Source of the DNA: Podarcis liolepis | Lineage: Eukaryota | Assembly: GCA_965112155.1 (NCBI GenBank) | Contig: OZ218103.1 | Strand: one strand, 5' to 3' | DNA length: 64,000 nt | Part shown: positions 25,126 to 38,528 of the stretch, piece by piece | How positions within the stretch are numbered: position 1 is the stretch's first letter | Layout of the letters: every line of letters begins with the position of its first letter | Notes under the pieces: model-generated | Database searches by the model: none | Told to the model about the DNA's origin: nothing | The model's input: only the letters and a program-made list of their open reading frames with translations | Position numbers and translations under genes: made by a program

Positions 25126-25384
25126 CAGGGGTCAGCAAACTTTTTCAGCAGGGGGCTGGTCCACTGTCCCTCAGCCCTTGTGGGGGGCCAGACTATTATA
25201 TTTTTTTGGGGGGGGGGAGAATGTACGAATTCCTATGCCCCACAAATAACCCAGAGATGCATTTTAAATAAACTGACACATTCTAGTCATATAAAAACAT
25301 GCTGATTCCCAGACCGTCTGTGGGCCGGATTTAGAAAGTGATTGGGCCGTATCTGGCCCCCGGGCCTTAGTTTGCCTACCCATA
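25126..25384. mobile_element. hAT (Charlie-like) MITE
   Basis: TIRs caggggtcagcaaact / agtttgcctacccata. 8-bp TSD ctctaagg (25118-25) / ctctatgg (25385-92). Subterminal gggccg motifs. Confidence 0.88.
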
Positions 25385-27852
25385 CTCTATGGCATCAGGT
25401 GAGGATTAGTGCTAGAATGTGCAGAATAATGTGACCCTCTCTAATTTCCCTTTCTGCTCAGTAATGCCAGTGGCGTTTGCTCTTTTATTTAGGCATCATA
25501 ATGGGTAATAATAGATCTCTTTTAAAATCATTTCCCCTCATCATTTCGCATTACAGCAGCAAATATAGGCTTCGAAGGGCCTTTTTATGTGCTTCCATTT
25601 CTTATTCAGTGACACTAATGTAATGGGGTCCTCCCAGAGTACTGCTGAAGTAGCCTAGAGATTATTAGACTCTGAATTTAAATTCAGAAAATAATTTGTT
25701 AAAACCCTTAAGCACATTCCTACAGAAACCCACATAAGCATTTGGGTTGTTCTCAGTGCAGCATCAAAAGGAACAGGGCATGTGCCTCACTCTTCTTCTT
25801 CCCCCAAAACAGCCAGTTTGCCACAAAAAGACAGGGTCCTCTGGAATTTTTAGGACTGGCTTGGTTTGGTTGAGCTTTCTAAGCAAGAGTTGGTTTAACT
25901 GGATATGTGAGGCCCATAAGATGATGAGCTTCAGATGTGCTTATGAGGTAGGCTGTTGCATATCTATCTCATGCCTCAATGCATTGGCTAGTTGTTAAGG
26001 GGCCAAAGAAATGCATTCATTTTCCCCTCCCCACTTTCCAGCAATCTCAACTGGTCATTCTGAAAAAGACACATTCTGGTCAACTTATGCTGTGAAGCAT
26101 CACATCTACATTAGGATGTGATTTATGTAACAAATGCAAGGTGGTTGAGATTTGAAACCAACAAGACATTAACACCTGAGAAGAGGAACAAAAGAAGCTC
26201 TGTTATCAGGTTACGATAGTGATCAAAAATGCCTTATGACAGTGGTATGTGCAGCAGCAGAGCAACTGCCAGAAGCTAGGTGGAGTGCTAGTGACATTCT
26301 GAACTGTGCAATTAGGAATTTTTAAAAAGCAGCTTTCTAAAACACAGAACAGTAAATATGCAGTCATTCTGCTTGAATCAGTTTATAATGGCCTAATAAG
26401 TGATGGTATGTAATGAAAATGCAGCAAGAGCACCAGAATGCAAGCTTCGATGGGAGTGAAAGAAGCATTCATCTTAAAACAAATTCAAAACAGCACTGAG
26501 ATTAAAAAACAAAACAAGCTTTTAAAATGCCAAGTTTGATGTAGCCTAGGTAGAGAATAAGTGGTGGTAGTTTTCAGCTGCAGAAATAAAGGATAATAGC
26601 TTCATTGTAAAAATAACTCTTTTATCTCTCTCAAATCCAGAGGCACACATGGAGGCATTCAGTACACACGTGGAGGCATTCAGACACTTCCTTGGATTTG
26701 GGGGTGTGGCAACAAGTGTTATCTTAGTAGATGTTAATCTGCAATTCTGCTCCTCAGAAAGGGTTCCTCTCAAGACACAGTGTCATTTACAGAAATCAGC
26801 AGCTTTGTTCAGCTATAGACATAAATATATTTCTTTAATAGGAAAGGCAGAAGCATCTTGGCCAAAACTTCTGCTGCTCCCTGGAGGGGGTGGGGATGTA
26901 CAAAGAGGTGACATGTTCTCATGTTCTTCTAGCCACTCTGGGCAGTTTCTTGCTTGGAACTAATTCTGTCTGTTCCCCATTTCTTTTGAGGAGCTGTGTG
27001 ATAATTCACCTTTGAGCTGCAAACACCTTATTTTTTTATCCATAGAATTGTAGAGTTGGAAAGGACCACTATTCCAATCCCCTGCATCATACAAGAGGGG
27101 TAGACATGCTGGGAGTTGCACAACAACACCTGGAGAGCACCGCATTGGCTACCCCCCCAACAGCATAATAGTTCAGAAGCTGATAAATTTCACAAGCATC
27201 TAATTATGCAGCATAGGTAGTAAAAGGCCCATATAATTATGCCTTGATGGGGGGGATCTCCCTTCTAGGTGTAACACTATTGACATTGTTGCATTCTACA
27301 TTATAGAAATGCCTTGTCATCTCTACTCAAGTGGTAGAGCACTTTATAATTCCTTTAGTTCCTATAATTCCTATAATTTCCTGCAAGATAATGCTTCTCT
27401 CTATTTTAACTGGTATGCAGATGGTATTGGAAATGCTTTTATAATTTTTTTGCGACTCAAGTCTGGAAAATATGCTATAATCTTACCCTTACACAAATGA
27501 GAGGAGAATTACTAGGCTGCTGCCGAATAGTAATATAGGTGTCTCCTTGGTGTGCTTGAAATCCTGGGATTTGGGTCTGGCCCTCTTTCATCAGCCTTGT
27601 CTGGACCAGGTTTCCTTCACACTGGCAGCTTTGTGGTCAGGCCTTTTGAGCCCACCCAGATCTGATAATCTGCACCTGTAGGTGATGTAGTCAAATGTAT
27701 TCTAGTTCTCAAGAGGACAGAAACTTAAAACAACCTTCCCCAACCTAGTTTCCTCATGTTTTAGAATACAGCTCTCGTCAAGTCCAGCCAGTATGACAGC
27801 AAACTCAAGGAGTTGCAAAATCCTGAAAAGGAAAGATTTGGTTGATTTAGAT

Positions 27853-27991
27853 CAGGAATGGGGAACCTATGACTGTCCAAGATGCTCTTGGACTACATCT
27901 TCCATGAGCCCCAGTCAGCACGGACAGTGGTCAGGGATGGTGGGAATTGTAGTCCAACCATATCTTGAGGGCTGTAGGTTCCCCAACCATA
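27853..27991. mobile_element. Short palindromic hAT-type MITE
   Basis: ggggaaccta / taggttcccc TIRs and internal ttggactaca / tgtagtccaa inverted repeat. Confidence 0.75.
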
Positions 27992-29227
27992 GCATAGACT
28001 CATGAGGCTTTTTGTCATACTTTTGAGGAGTGTTTTTAATAGAGGAATAAAGGTAAACATACTTGTTCATGTGTTTTAATTGAGAATTTCCCAAATTATT
28101 CTACTAAATATGCGCTCCAGGCTAGAAAAAAAATCTCACTCCATTGCAATACCTAGTCTCCACGGCTAATGAGTAAGCAGAGATGTGAGCTGTAATTGTT
28201 TTAATAAAGTGCATAGATGTGGTTGGGTGCACACAGGGAATAGAGCTAGTGAATTAAAAAAACCCAATTTTTATGTAGTCACTTTTCTTCCCTTAGACGT
28301 TCTTTAAAAAGACAAAGGATTATTTATAGATCACTGAGAAATGTTAAATGAGTTCATTGAATATTCTGTTAATATGTAGAGATGGAAAAACAAAAGATGC
28401 CATCCTAAGAATTCTTTTGTTTCTTCTCTTTCTCATCAGAGTATCAAAGATAAATAACAAACTTGAAAGACTGCTTGCAGGTTTGGCTAAGAAGGAAACC
28501 AGGCTCTTGTTCAATGGGGAGCAAAGACAGTTTAGTGGAGACAGGGAACAGTCTGTTCATACAGAAAGGGACATGGATCAACTATTCTCTTCAGGCAGTG
28601 AAGACAAAAAAAAAGCAAGACTGGCTTGAATGGCAATAGACAGAATACCAGTTTAAGAATAAAAGTGGAAAATCTTTGTAAACACTTATGGGTTATGAAA
28701 CAGCAGAACAAGTGGAACAAGTGGTGTATGGTAAGGTTGGGGGTGGGGAAATATAATACAGATTTCTCCAACAAGAGAGATGGATATTATGTGTAGTGGA
28801 GTAAGGGAGGTTTAGCAGTGCCGCCTTATCTGCTCCAGATCAAGTGTTGAAAGAACCAACACATTGGAAAACAAGCCCTCAGAATGGCTCACAGATTCTC
28901 ACTGCCTAAGATTATTCTTTTCAATTCCTGCCATGTATCAGAATTTATTTTCTTCCTGATCAACTTTAAAGGTGTGTAATCATGCGAAATGTAGTCTCTG
29001 ACAGCACAATTTTAATTCTTGCCAACCACTCGACAAGCAATTGGTACAGCAGGAGCAGAGTGCAAGTTCCTACTGTCTCCTTAGCTTAATAGATTCATTG
29101 CTATCACCATTCCATGAATTACTTCATTTATAAACACGGTATTAAAATGTTATCAACTTCTTGGCTGAAACACAATTGAAAGAACTGAACCTGAAGTTAC
29201 ATCACCCAGTTACTGTGTGTACTTAAT

Positions 29228-29403
29228 AACATAGGAAGTTGCCTTAATCAGACCAGTGGTCCATCTAGCACAATATTGTTTTCTGTGCTGACTGGCAGAC
29301 ACTCTCCATGGTTTCAGGCAGGGGCATTCCCAGTCCTATCTGGAGATACTGGGGATTGAACCTTAGGACTTCTGCATGTGTTCTACCACTGAGCTATGGC
29401 CCA
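29228..29403 (-). mobile_element. tRNA-derived SINE with CR1-type tail
   Basis: Reverse complement begins gggccatagctcagtggtagaaca (A box) ... ggttcaatccc (B box) and ends ...cttcctatgtt. Confidence 0.75.
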
Positions 29404-29495
29404 TCCCAACAATGTGTAAACCTTGTCTTGGCCATGCAGTCTCTATCTGATCCCTCATATTCTAATCCTTGTGGGCAATTGGATTTTGTAATCTA

Positions 29496-29727
29496 TAGTG
29501 GTACCTCGGGTTAAGAACTTAATTTGTTCTGGAGGTCCGTTCTTAACCTGAAACTGTTGTTAACCTGAGGTACCACTTTAGCTAATGGGGCCCCTGCGCT
29601 GCCGCCACGCAATTTCTGTTCTCATCCTGAAGCAAAGTTCTTAACCCAAGGTACTATTTCTGGGTTAGTGGAGTCTGTAACCTGAAGTGTCTGTAACCTG
29701 AAGCACCTGTAGCCCAAGGTACCACTG
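29496..29727. mobile_element. Tc1/mariner MITE
   Basis: TA flanks. TIRs tagtggtacctcgggtta / tagcccaaggtaccactg. Internal taacctgaag repeats and an internal copy of the TIR. Confidence 0.88.
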
Positions 29728-30844
29728 TATTCCTTTCTTTATATCCCACTTCTGTGCTACATCTGAGGAAGATTTCAGTTTGGATTCTTATAAGCTTAGT
29801 GTTCAGTGCCATTTCTAGCTATAAACATTGTGAAATTGTTTTCTTGCACAAATGTGGAAGAACTGGGGAGCCTGTGGCTCTCCAGTTAGCAAATTACTAT
29901 CATTCCTGATCATTGGCCATAGTGGCCGGGGCTGAGTGGAGTCCCAACAATATTCGAAGGGCCACTGTTTCTCCACCCTTGGATGTAGAACCAGTCCATA
30001 GAGCCGAGTCATAGTCAGAAGTAATACTTACATTGTTTGGGTGTTTCCCTTTTTTGCATTTTTGCTTGTTTGTTCTGAGGCTTCTCTGTGTTTGAAGTCT
30101 TCTCTTTACTGAACTAGTGACACCATCACACTAGTCTCCCTTTTTGAAATTTGCTTTTGCAAATTAATATACTTACTATCTGTACTGAAAGAAATAATCA
30201 AATTGATATTAACAGGATATACAGTAATCTGTGATTAGGTTTAGAAGTGTGAAAGTGGTTTGTTGTCTCAAATTTGTTTTTGTTTTTTAAAGTGTAGTGA
30301 GGACAGCATGGTTTATCTGACGTGAGAAAAAGCAGTACATTCCTTCCGTAAGCAGAGGCCATTCAAGGGTATTGGTGGAGAAGGAATTTCTAAGTGGCTC
30401 TGCCATTCTGGTTACTGGTAGAAAGCTCAGTCAAGCACAAGCACTGTTGTCGGCTAGCTGGGAGCACCATACTGACCAGAAGAATAGGATGGGATCTCAA
30501 CAGCTCATTAGACCTTAAAATGTTTTTGAGTTAACAATTCTAGCTTTTCAATCCCAATGTACTTGCAAACATTGCATATATTGTCTTCTGGGCTTCAAGT
30601 ATATTTGCTATGCCCTAAACAAAGCTTTCTCTAAGGTTTATCGGTTCAGCTCTGTACATATACTTTTTCTGTCTAAAAGGGGAATTCTGTCGGTAAATGA
30701 ATTAAGTGCTGCTAGCAATAGCGAAATTGTCCTCCAGCATTGAGGGAGGCTCACCTGGCACCATTTGTTACATATCTTTAGGTGCCAGGCAAAAACATTC
30801 CTCTTCTCCCATGCCTTTGGCTAATCATACAATCTATGCCCTTT

Positions 30845-31004
30845 TCTGTGCGGTGCTCTGGTTCCCCAGAAGTGGCTTAGTCATGCTGGCCACATGACCC
30901 GGAAGCTGTATGCCGGCTCCCTCGGCCAGTAAAGTGAGATGAGCACCGCAGCCCCAGAGTTGTCCGTGACTGAACCTAACAGTCAGGGGTCCCTTTACCT
31001 TTAC
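30845..31004 (+). mobile_element. 5'-truncated Sauria SINE inserted in an L2 3' end (about 30720-31140)
   Basis: Tail caggggtccctttacctttac. 11-bp TSD ctatgcccttt at 30834-44 and 31005-15. The host ends gatgaagggcggtatagaaatttaattaataaataaa. Confidence 0.9.
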
Positions 31005-31859
31005 CTATGCCCTTTAAAACTCTGTGTGTGTGGAATTGTTTTGGTTTGTTATTGTGCCATATTTTGTTGTGTTTTTATCTAGTAAATCACCCTGTAATCT
31101 TTGGATGAAGGGCGGTATAGAAATTTAATTAATAAATAAATTAGCACTGAACAGTAAGTTGCAGCCGTAAAAGTCAATGTGTAGAAACGTAGCAATCAGT
31201 TGCAGGTTCAAAGTAGTGAGTATTTGACATCATGGATGTCGGGGCTGCTTCTTCATAGAGGATTGCTAAGTTTGAAGTGCAAAACACTTTAACGGGTTAC
31301 CCTTATTTCCATAAATCATCATTGAAATATGTTGATCATCAGTATTTAAAAGGGCTCAATTAAAAGTTCAAACATATTACGATGCACAGCTAATAAAGGG
31401 CCTGATATGAAATGCAATAGCACTTGGGTGACATTGTGCCAGCCCCATTGCTAATGACCAAAATATTAAAAGACTTATTGAAGTTCAGTCATCAATCAAG
31501 GTAAATAGATTCTTGCGGCAAAGAATGTAAATGCGCTTCTTTGATATGGTGTGAATACAAACTATCCAGACCGCCTCTTTGTGCTTGTATCTACTGTTAT
31601 CAATATATGAACAGCTGGACTAATATGGCAATGGGGAAGAGGGGTGATAATTAACGTTTCATTTCCTAATTGCTGGATAGAGCTATCATGACAATCCTGA
31701 TTACTGAATTGGTCTTCTAATTGCACCTTCTTTTTTCTTTTCAAGTTGCATCCCAACATGGTGTTTCATGCACATTCATGCAGCCAAAAAATGAAATTAA
31801 GTAATGATTAAGTAAAATTAAGTAAAATACAAAGCATGTGCAAATATAAAGTGGTTTAA

Positions 31860-33090
31860 CTGTCCTTGCTTCTATTCCCACATGCTCTTCAACATCTACA
31901 TGAAGCTATTGGGAATGGTCATCAGAGGATTTGGAGCTCAGGGTCACCAATGTGTGCATGACACCCAGCTCTACTTTTTCATACCATCTGAAACTGATGA
32001 AACTGTGCAGTGCTGAACAAGTGCCTGGAGGCAGCAATGGTTTGGATGAGTGCTAACAAACTGAAGCTTAATTCTGACAAGATGGAGGCACTTTTTTTAG
32101 TGATTCCTATGTTCAGAAATCTAATGAACATCCTGTTTTAAATGGTGTTGCACACCTCCTGAAATAGCAGGCTTACAGCCTGAGGATACTCCTAGATGTA
32201 GTATTGTTATGGGGCCCAGGAAACACCAGTGATAAGGAATCAGCTATGCAGAGCCGTCTTCACCCGGGGGCACCAAATGTGTACCCACTGCATACCGGTC
32301 CCCTCCTCCATTGCTCTGTTACTCCATAGCATCAAACAAAAGCAGTTGGGGTTTTTTTTTTTGCTGCATCGTTGTTACAGGCGAGTGGGGGGGGCGGCAC
32401 TAGGCAGATCTTTGCACCCCGGCAGCGCATATGCTAAAGACAGCCCTGTAGCTATGGCTGATTTACCAGCTTTGACTGTTCCTGAACCATGATAGTCTTA
32501 TTATGGTAATCCATTTTCTAGTTACCTCATGTTTAGGCTACTGTATGTTGGGCTTCAATTGGAAGATAATTCGGAAACTTCAGCAGACTGCTGACAGGTA
32601 CATTTGTGCAGAGTCATGTAACAGCAATTCTTCAGGATCAGCACTGGCTGCCTATGAAGCCAGGTTTAAGGTGTTAATGATGATATATGAAGCCCCAACT
32701 TACTTGGAATCTAAATATTTGACAGAGTCTCTCTCCTCTTGTAATACAACCCAGGGGCTGAGACCAGTAGCAAGTTTAACGCACTGTGTGATGACCACAG
32801 GCTATGGCCTTCTCTGTTGTGGCACCCCAACTCCAGAATTCAGTGTAGACGGCTTCACTGTTAGGCTGTTGGCACCAGGTTAAGAGGCACGTGTTCATCC
32901 CAAGTGTTCAGAGGAGTTTGATCTGATTATTCAAGATTTTAGCCCTGCTGTTGTGCACTTACAGTATAAAATGTTTATCTTTAGAAAACTTTTGGTTGCT
33001 ATTTTAGTGTTTTCTAAAATAACTCTTACTTTTTATTGTTGTGAGATCTTAACTTATTATACTATTTACTTTATTTTGTAATCTTATTTT
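31860..33090 (+). mobile_element. L2 LINE ORF2 3' portion, decayed and interrupted
   Basis: HDTQLYF (~ADDTQLY), LNKCLEAAMVWMSANKLKLNSDKMEAL, VIHFLVTSCLGYC and ARFKVLMMIYEA, all L2 hallmarks. Confidence 0.85.
32249..32448. mobile_element. 200-bp hAT-type MITE nested in L2
   Basis: TIRs cagagccgtctt / aagacagccctg. 8-bp TSD cagctatg (32241-48) / tagctatg (32449-56). Confidence 0.85.
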
Positions 33091-33096
33091 ATATAG

Positions 33097-34120
33097 TGGC
33101 CTGGTCCACAAATAATGCTAAATCATTAGTTAACATTAATAACCGTAGTTAATGTTAACCATAATTATAAAAATGCCAGTTCAAGCTGAGGCATCAGGTA
33201 GACTATCATTTATTAGTACAGAATACAGGCAATCCTCGTTTTGTGCGGAGGTTACTTCCAGGTTCAGCACCATTTGCCCGTGGACAATTGCGTGTCATTA
33301 AGACCTGCCTTAATCAGTTGTTGCCTGTAGCTAAAAGTATCAGAGAGAGCAACTTTGAGAGCAGCTTGATTTTTATTTTTTATTGCCACTCTTCACTCTC
33401 TGCTGTGGACTATGACAGCTCCATAACCATAAAGTAATGGCAGAGATTTGAGTTTGCATGTGCCCGGCCGCCCACCCAGCAAATGAAGACACATGACAAA
33501 GAAGCACTTGCAGCAGCTCCCATGGTGCTCCAGGTACCCATGCACGCACACTTCTCGCCTTTAGGCAGCTTCCCCCAGATTTGTGCCCTGTGGAGTAGTT
33601 GCAGTAACCATGTTCCCCACCATCTTATGTACCCTTGTCTGATGGTGGCATGCACATCCTGAGGCTCCACCTACACAGAAGCCATTAATTCTCTTCCCTC
33701 TTCAAGCCCCTCCTGGTTCTAGGAGACATTGGGGTGGGGGGTAGCAGAGAGTCAGCCTGAACACTCTCTTCCTCTTCTGCCACATCCTGTGTTCTTCCCT
33801 CCATCTGAGACTCCCCTTCCCCTTCCTCCTCCTCTTTTCTCAGATCCTGCCTTGCAGGCAGCATCAAACCCCCATAGATTGCTGGCCCTCTCTTCTGGGT
33901 CCCACTCTTGGCTCCCTGCCTCTGCCACACACTCTTCAGAATGCTGCTAGTCCCTGACAGTATGTAATGCTAACCTATGGTTAATGTTAACAAAGGTTTA
34001 TAAAACAACTACAAGCAACTTTTAGCCATAATAAACAAACCAAAAACCACTGGCTGGTATCACACATTAAAGTTGTGGTTTAATAAACCATGGTTTAGTG
34101 TTATATTCAAGCCAAGCCAA
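33097..34120. mobile_element. Probable old non-autonomous DNA transposon (aaccatggtt subterminal-repeat family)
   Basis: Both ends carry arrays of taacc.t.gttaatgttaac / aaaccatggtttagtgtta motifs in roughly inverted arrangement, around a pyrimidine-rich interior. Confidence 0.45.
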
Positions 34121-35584
34121 TGCATTGTAAACCACTCTGCGCTCTTTATTTGATAATGAGTAGTTTAAAAGACAAACAAACAAACCTTGCAGACTGAAGT
34201 TCTATGACAGCTACAGATGCTTACTTGATGGAAACCAAGTAAATGGAATATAGATTCCTTTTTATTTGAACCCATCATTAATATTTGTCTCTCATCAAAT
34301 CAAACTGGTCCTCCACTGGTTAATTGACTTAAAATGTTTAATTTATCTTCTGATTAAAAAATGCCATCCTGTTAATGTATAAAATACGTCATGTGAAGTG
34401 TATGATTTCTGCACTCATAACTGGAATGCTGGGCAAAAAAAAATGTGGGTGGGGTGAGATTCACTGCTAATTTTTTTATCCTTTTGGCGATACATATGAT
34501 ATTGATAGTTCAAAACTGAGTCCAAAAGCAGTGATGTTATTAATAATCTGGTATCAGTGCAATTGTTTGTAATTTGGATAAATAGCTATAGATTTAGAAG
34601 GGGCATTCAGTTTCAAGATATGATGATCCAAATTCTATATTGTTGTAAGCTTACATGTTGCTTAGGAAGTCACGCTTATTATCAGGCACCAGCTTGTGTT
34701 GCTTTGGGAGGTATAATCCCCACAGGGTTGAGATTTCTCATTCTTAAATTATAAAATAACTCAAAGGTGGTTCTGATTTATCTAGAAATGCACAAACTAT
34801 GCATGCTGTGTAGCCCTCTTAACAACACAGCAGTGCTTGGTAAATACTGCTTCTCTAAACCGCGCCACAATAAGAACGGGATGTTGGGGGGTAACTGTGG
34901 CTAAACCCCAACTCCACTGAAGTCAACAGCATAATTCCTTTGAAGCTTAAGATAACTGGAATTGTGCCCCTGTGCACGCACACCTGACACTGTAATGTGC
35001 CTTGTTAGATTGGATTGCCTCTCCCTCTGGCTGGATAGGCAGGGTCCAGTTTAACAATTCTCCGGGGGGGGGGCATCCAAGTCTCCCCAGACCAGCCTTG
35101 CCTTGGTCCAGAGTGGCTGGGTCTGCTGGAGCTCCACTTTCACTTTCATTTTTTTTTGGGGGGGGTGTTCCTTTTCCTTCTCTTCTTCCTTCTCCTTCCT
35201 GCACTTCTTACCTTCCTCCCCTCTATCCCCATTCTCATCTGATCCATAATGTGGGGGGGGGGCAATTGATACAGTTTCATCTAGATCTTTGTTGGAACTT
35301 TCCGTGCTGTCAAGAGAAAAGTTTGTTTGCACTCCCTGGTTGAAGGAACCAGACAGAGGCAAGATGCATTTGGTTAAGATAGAATACACAGCAGTAACTG
35401 TTAATTTAAGGAAACCATTGAAGGATAGATGGGAAGTCAGTCAATTGTATATATAGGTATATTTCTTTTTTGTGTGTGTATGTTTTTGTTTATTTGTCAT
35501 GTTTGTATTTTACTTATCTCCACTACTATCTCCACTCCACTGCTTATCTTTACAAACATGATGTGTGTGTGTGTGTGGAGATAA

Positions 35585-36070
35585 GTGATGTTGTGGATCT
35601 CAAAAGACTGAACAAAAGGGTGACATACATTAAATTCAAAATGGAGACTCTCAAATCAACCACAGAAACTGTCGAGTGGAACTACTAGTTCGTTTTGATA
35701 GATTTGTTGAAAGCATATCTCAGTGTTACAAAACACAGCAAAGTATCACAGATTCTGCTATGGAAACAGGCATTTCCAGTACCCGTCACTCTCCTTTGGA
35801 TTAAAATCACCCCCAGGGGTCTGTCTTTACCAAGATCCTGGTCATGGTACATGCGGACTCAGTGAATCGATATCTGAACAGTGTTTTGATCACAGCACCC
35901 TCACAGGAGCAATGTAAGAAGGACATTCAGATCACCCTGTTTTACCCGCAACACCATGGCTTTGTAGTGAACATGAAAAAGAATGGTTTGATCCTGATGC
36001 AGAACATTGTGCTTTTGGGGGTTTAGATCAGTTCTTACCAATTCCAGCTGCATCTGACCTCGGAATGGGT
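35585..36070 (+). mobile_element. DIRS1-like tyrosine-recombinase retrotransposon, RT relic
   Basis: VVDLKRLNKRV..IKFKMETLKS...IDLLKAYLSV / KYHRFCYGNRHFQYPSLSFGLKSPPGV / HGFVVNMKKN..ILMQNIVLLG match DIRS1 RT motifs (FKMETL; IDL.DAY; HFQY.ALPFGL..APRVF; GF.IN..KS). Frameshifted with stops. Confidence 0.85.
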
Positions 36071-37689
36071 AAATCCCAGTGTCATAACTGCCCTCCAGGA
36101 TTCCTAGGGGGAAACAAATTCTTGAATTTCTGTTCCCTGGGTTCCTGAAAAGTAGTCATGAGGCTGAGATTGCCCCTTCCTCTGGCTGGACAGGCAAGGT
36201 ACACTTTAATGATCCTCCTCAGGAGAGGGGCCACACTAGTCTCCCCAGACCAGCTGGAAGAACCAGGATGATCCCTCTGCCCCAAAGGCCATATCTCATA
36301 GCTGCATTCCAGCCTCTACAAGTAATCATCAAAATACTAGCTGTCAGGAACAAACAGAAGGCCAAGAAGACCTCAGAACAGTGAATAACAGACAAAGAAC
36401 AGTGAGCAATAGAAAGATTAGCTGGAATTCCCACTGGATACCCTAATCTAACACCCATCCTCAAAATGCAGATCCCATAGTGGGCATGAGCAGTCTCTGG
36501 CCTATGAGGCGGATACTGCCCTCCAGAAACCCTTGGAAAAGAAATTCACGGCAAGAGGAGACTTAAAGCACTTTCCTTGCTATCTGAATGCGTGGTTGAA
36601 GGAGGTGGGTACATGTTGCAGGGATAGTGCTTGATTATCCTGTTGTGCCCCAAGGCTAGTGCAATTTATTTCCATGAAATATTAAATAATCAGAGAGATG
36701 GGTAGAAGATTAAAGACAAAGGTAGTATAATTTATCAGTTTATTCTAAGTGTGAGACTTATCCTGCTGCTTGCCTTTGGCTACATGCCTATTTTTGCACT
36801 TATTTTCTCTGTCTCTCTGCATCTAAAAACTAGACTGTGCTGCTCCCAGTGTCAATCCTAAAGCTATGTTGGAGCACTATTATGAGTGACGAGCTGATAT
36901 ATTTTTCTGTAAGGATGTGTTTAAACAATTCTAGCTGGAAGCAAAACTTCCTGTAACTAGGAATTAGAAATGCTCCTGTTGACCAACCAAGCAATAATAT
37001 AGAATTTGGGAACTGATGATCATGTTTGAATTGGCCAGCTAGGAACCCCTCCTCCAAAAAACAACAACCCTGAAACCAATGACTGTCTAGTCCTCTTTTA
37101 TTTCATGCATAGAGTCTTTGCCAGATACAGAGAATATTCTTGCCAGATACATGTGGGCCTTGGGTCTGAACTGATGCATAAAGTTGTTAAGCCTTTTCAC
37201 TTGACTTTTCACTATGAATAAACATTCAGAAATCCTCTTTTCTTCTTCCATTTTCCTTTTTTGCCCGATTGTTTTTGATAATATATATTTTAACAGTTTT
37301 GATGCTAGTATGTTTTCGTGTTTTGAAAGTGTTTTCTTAAATTCCTTTTTATTTTATATGTGTTCCTTTATTTAGATATGTATATTCATTTTGTCTTTGT
37401 TGCAAATGTTGTTCACATGGGGTGGTCAACGAAATGTTACTCAGAGCAGGCCCATTGAAATTAATGACACCTCACTTAAATTAGCCTACTCTTGAGTAAA
37501 ACTTAGCAGTCTACCACCCATTGTCTGTATTATTTTATATTTGCTGTTTGTGTGTCTTGGGGGAAAACAGTTCAGTAAAAATATTTTATTTGTTAGCTTT
37601 TTAAAAACAACAAGTAGTGGCCTGAATGTTCTGGCCACCACAGTAATTGGCAGCCCGCTGGTGAATTCCTCACCTCTACCACAATGTTT

Positions 37690-37921
37690 CTCCTGCCAAC
37701 ATAGCAGTTTGAAAGCACTTCAAAGTGCAAGTAGATAAATACCTTACCGGTGGGAAGGTAAACAGCGTTTCCGTGCGCTGCTCTGGTTTGCCAGAAGCGG
37801 CAAAATCATGCTGGCCACATGTACGCCGGCTCCCTCGGCCAATAAAGCGAGATGAGCGCCACAACCCCAGAGTCGGCCACAACTGGACCCTAATGGTCAG
37901 GGGTCCGTTTACCTTTACCTT
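37690..37921 (+). mobile_element. Sauria SINE, 5'-truncated
   Basis: Tail caggggtccgtttacctttaccttt. 13-bp TSD taccacaatgttt at 37677-89 and 37922-34. CpGs largely retained, suggesting a young copy. Confidence 0.93.
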
Positions 37922-38159
37922 TACCACAATGTTTAGTATAATTCACTTTCTGAATTTGGGGTGGGCAGTTGTTTATTTATTTATTAGAATAATTTTTTCC
38001 CACACAAAAAACAAAGAAGAGCTAAGGGCAGCTGACAACATTTAGGAAATCAGTATAAGCATACTAATCCAGCTAGGGGCCCTACACAAACAGAAGAAGG
38101 CTGCTGGGCATGTTTCTCTGTCTGGATGAGGATTCACACAGAGGGATTTTTTGGAAAAG

Positions 38160-38528
38160 CCTTGTTCACACATAACATTAAGTTAATGCTTAGTATCAAG
38201 ATGTGCGCTCCCAGGGAAGAGGTTACAGCCACTTTGATCCCTCCTGGTCCTTTTAGTATAGTGTGACAGCTAAGCCAAGGTTTGGCTCAGTGTGACATCT
38301 GCACCCAGAATTGTTCCTAAGCTTAGTTCTCTTTAACTGAGCTTTGTCTTGGGTGCAAACTGTGGTTTAGGAAGAGAGAACTTGACTACGATACCAGGTT
38401 CAGATGATATGCTGAGCCAAACCTTGCTGTGCTAAAAGTACCAAGGAGGAGCAAAGCTGTTGCATCCTCTTCCCTGGAAGCCAACATGTTTTCATGGTTT
38501 GACTTAGTGTTAAATGCAAATGTGGCCA
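38160..38528. mobile_element. Palindromic MITE-like element, old
   Basis: Inverted arms ataacattaagttaa / ttgacttagtgttaa and aaggtttggctcag / ctgagccaaacctt. Confidence 0.6.
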
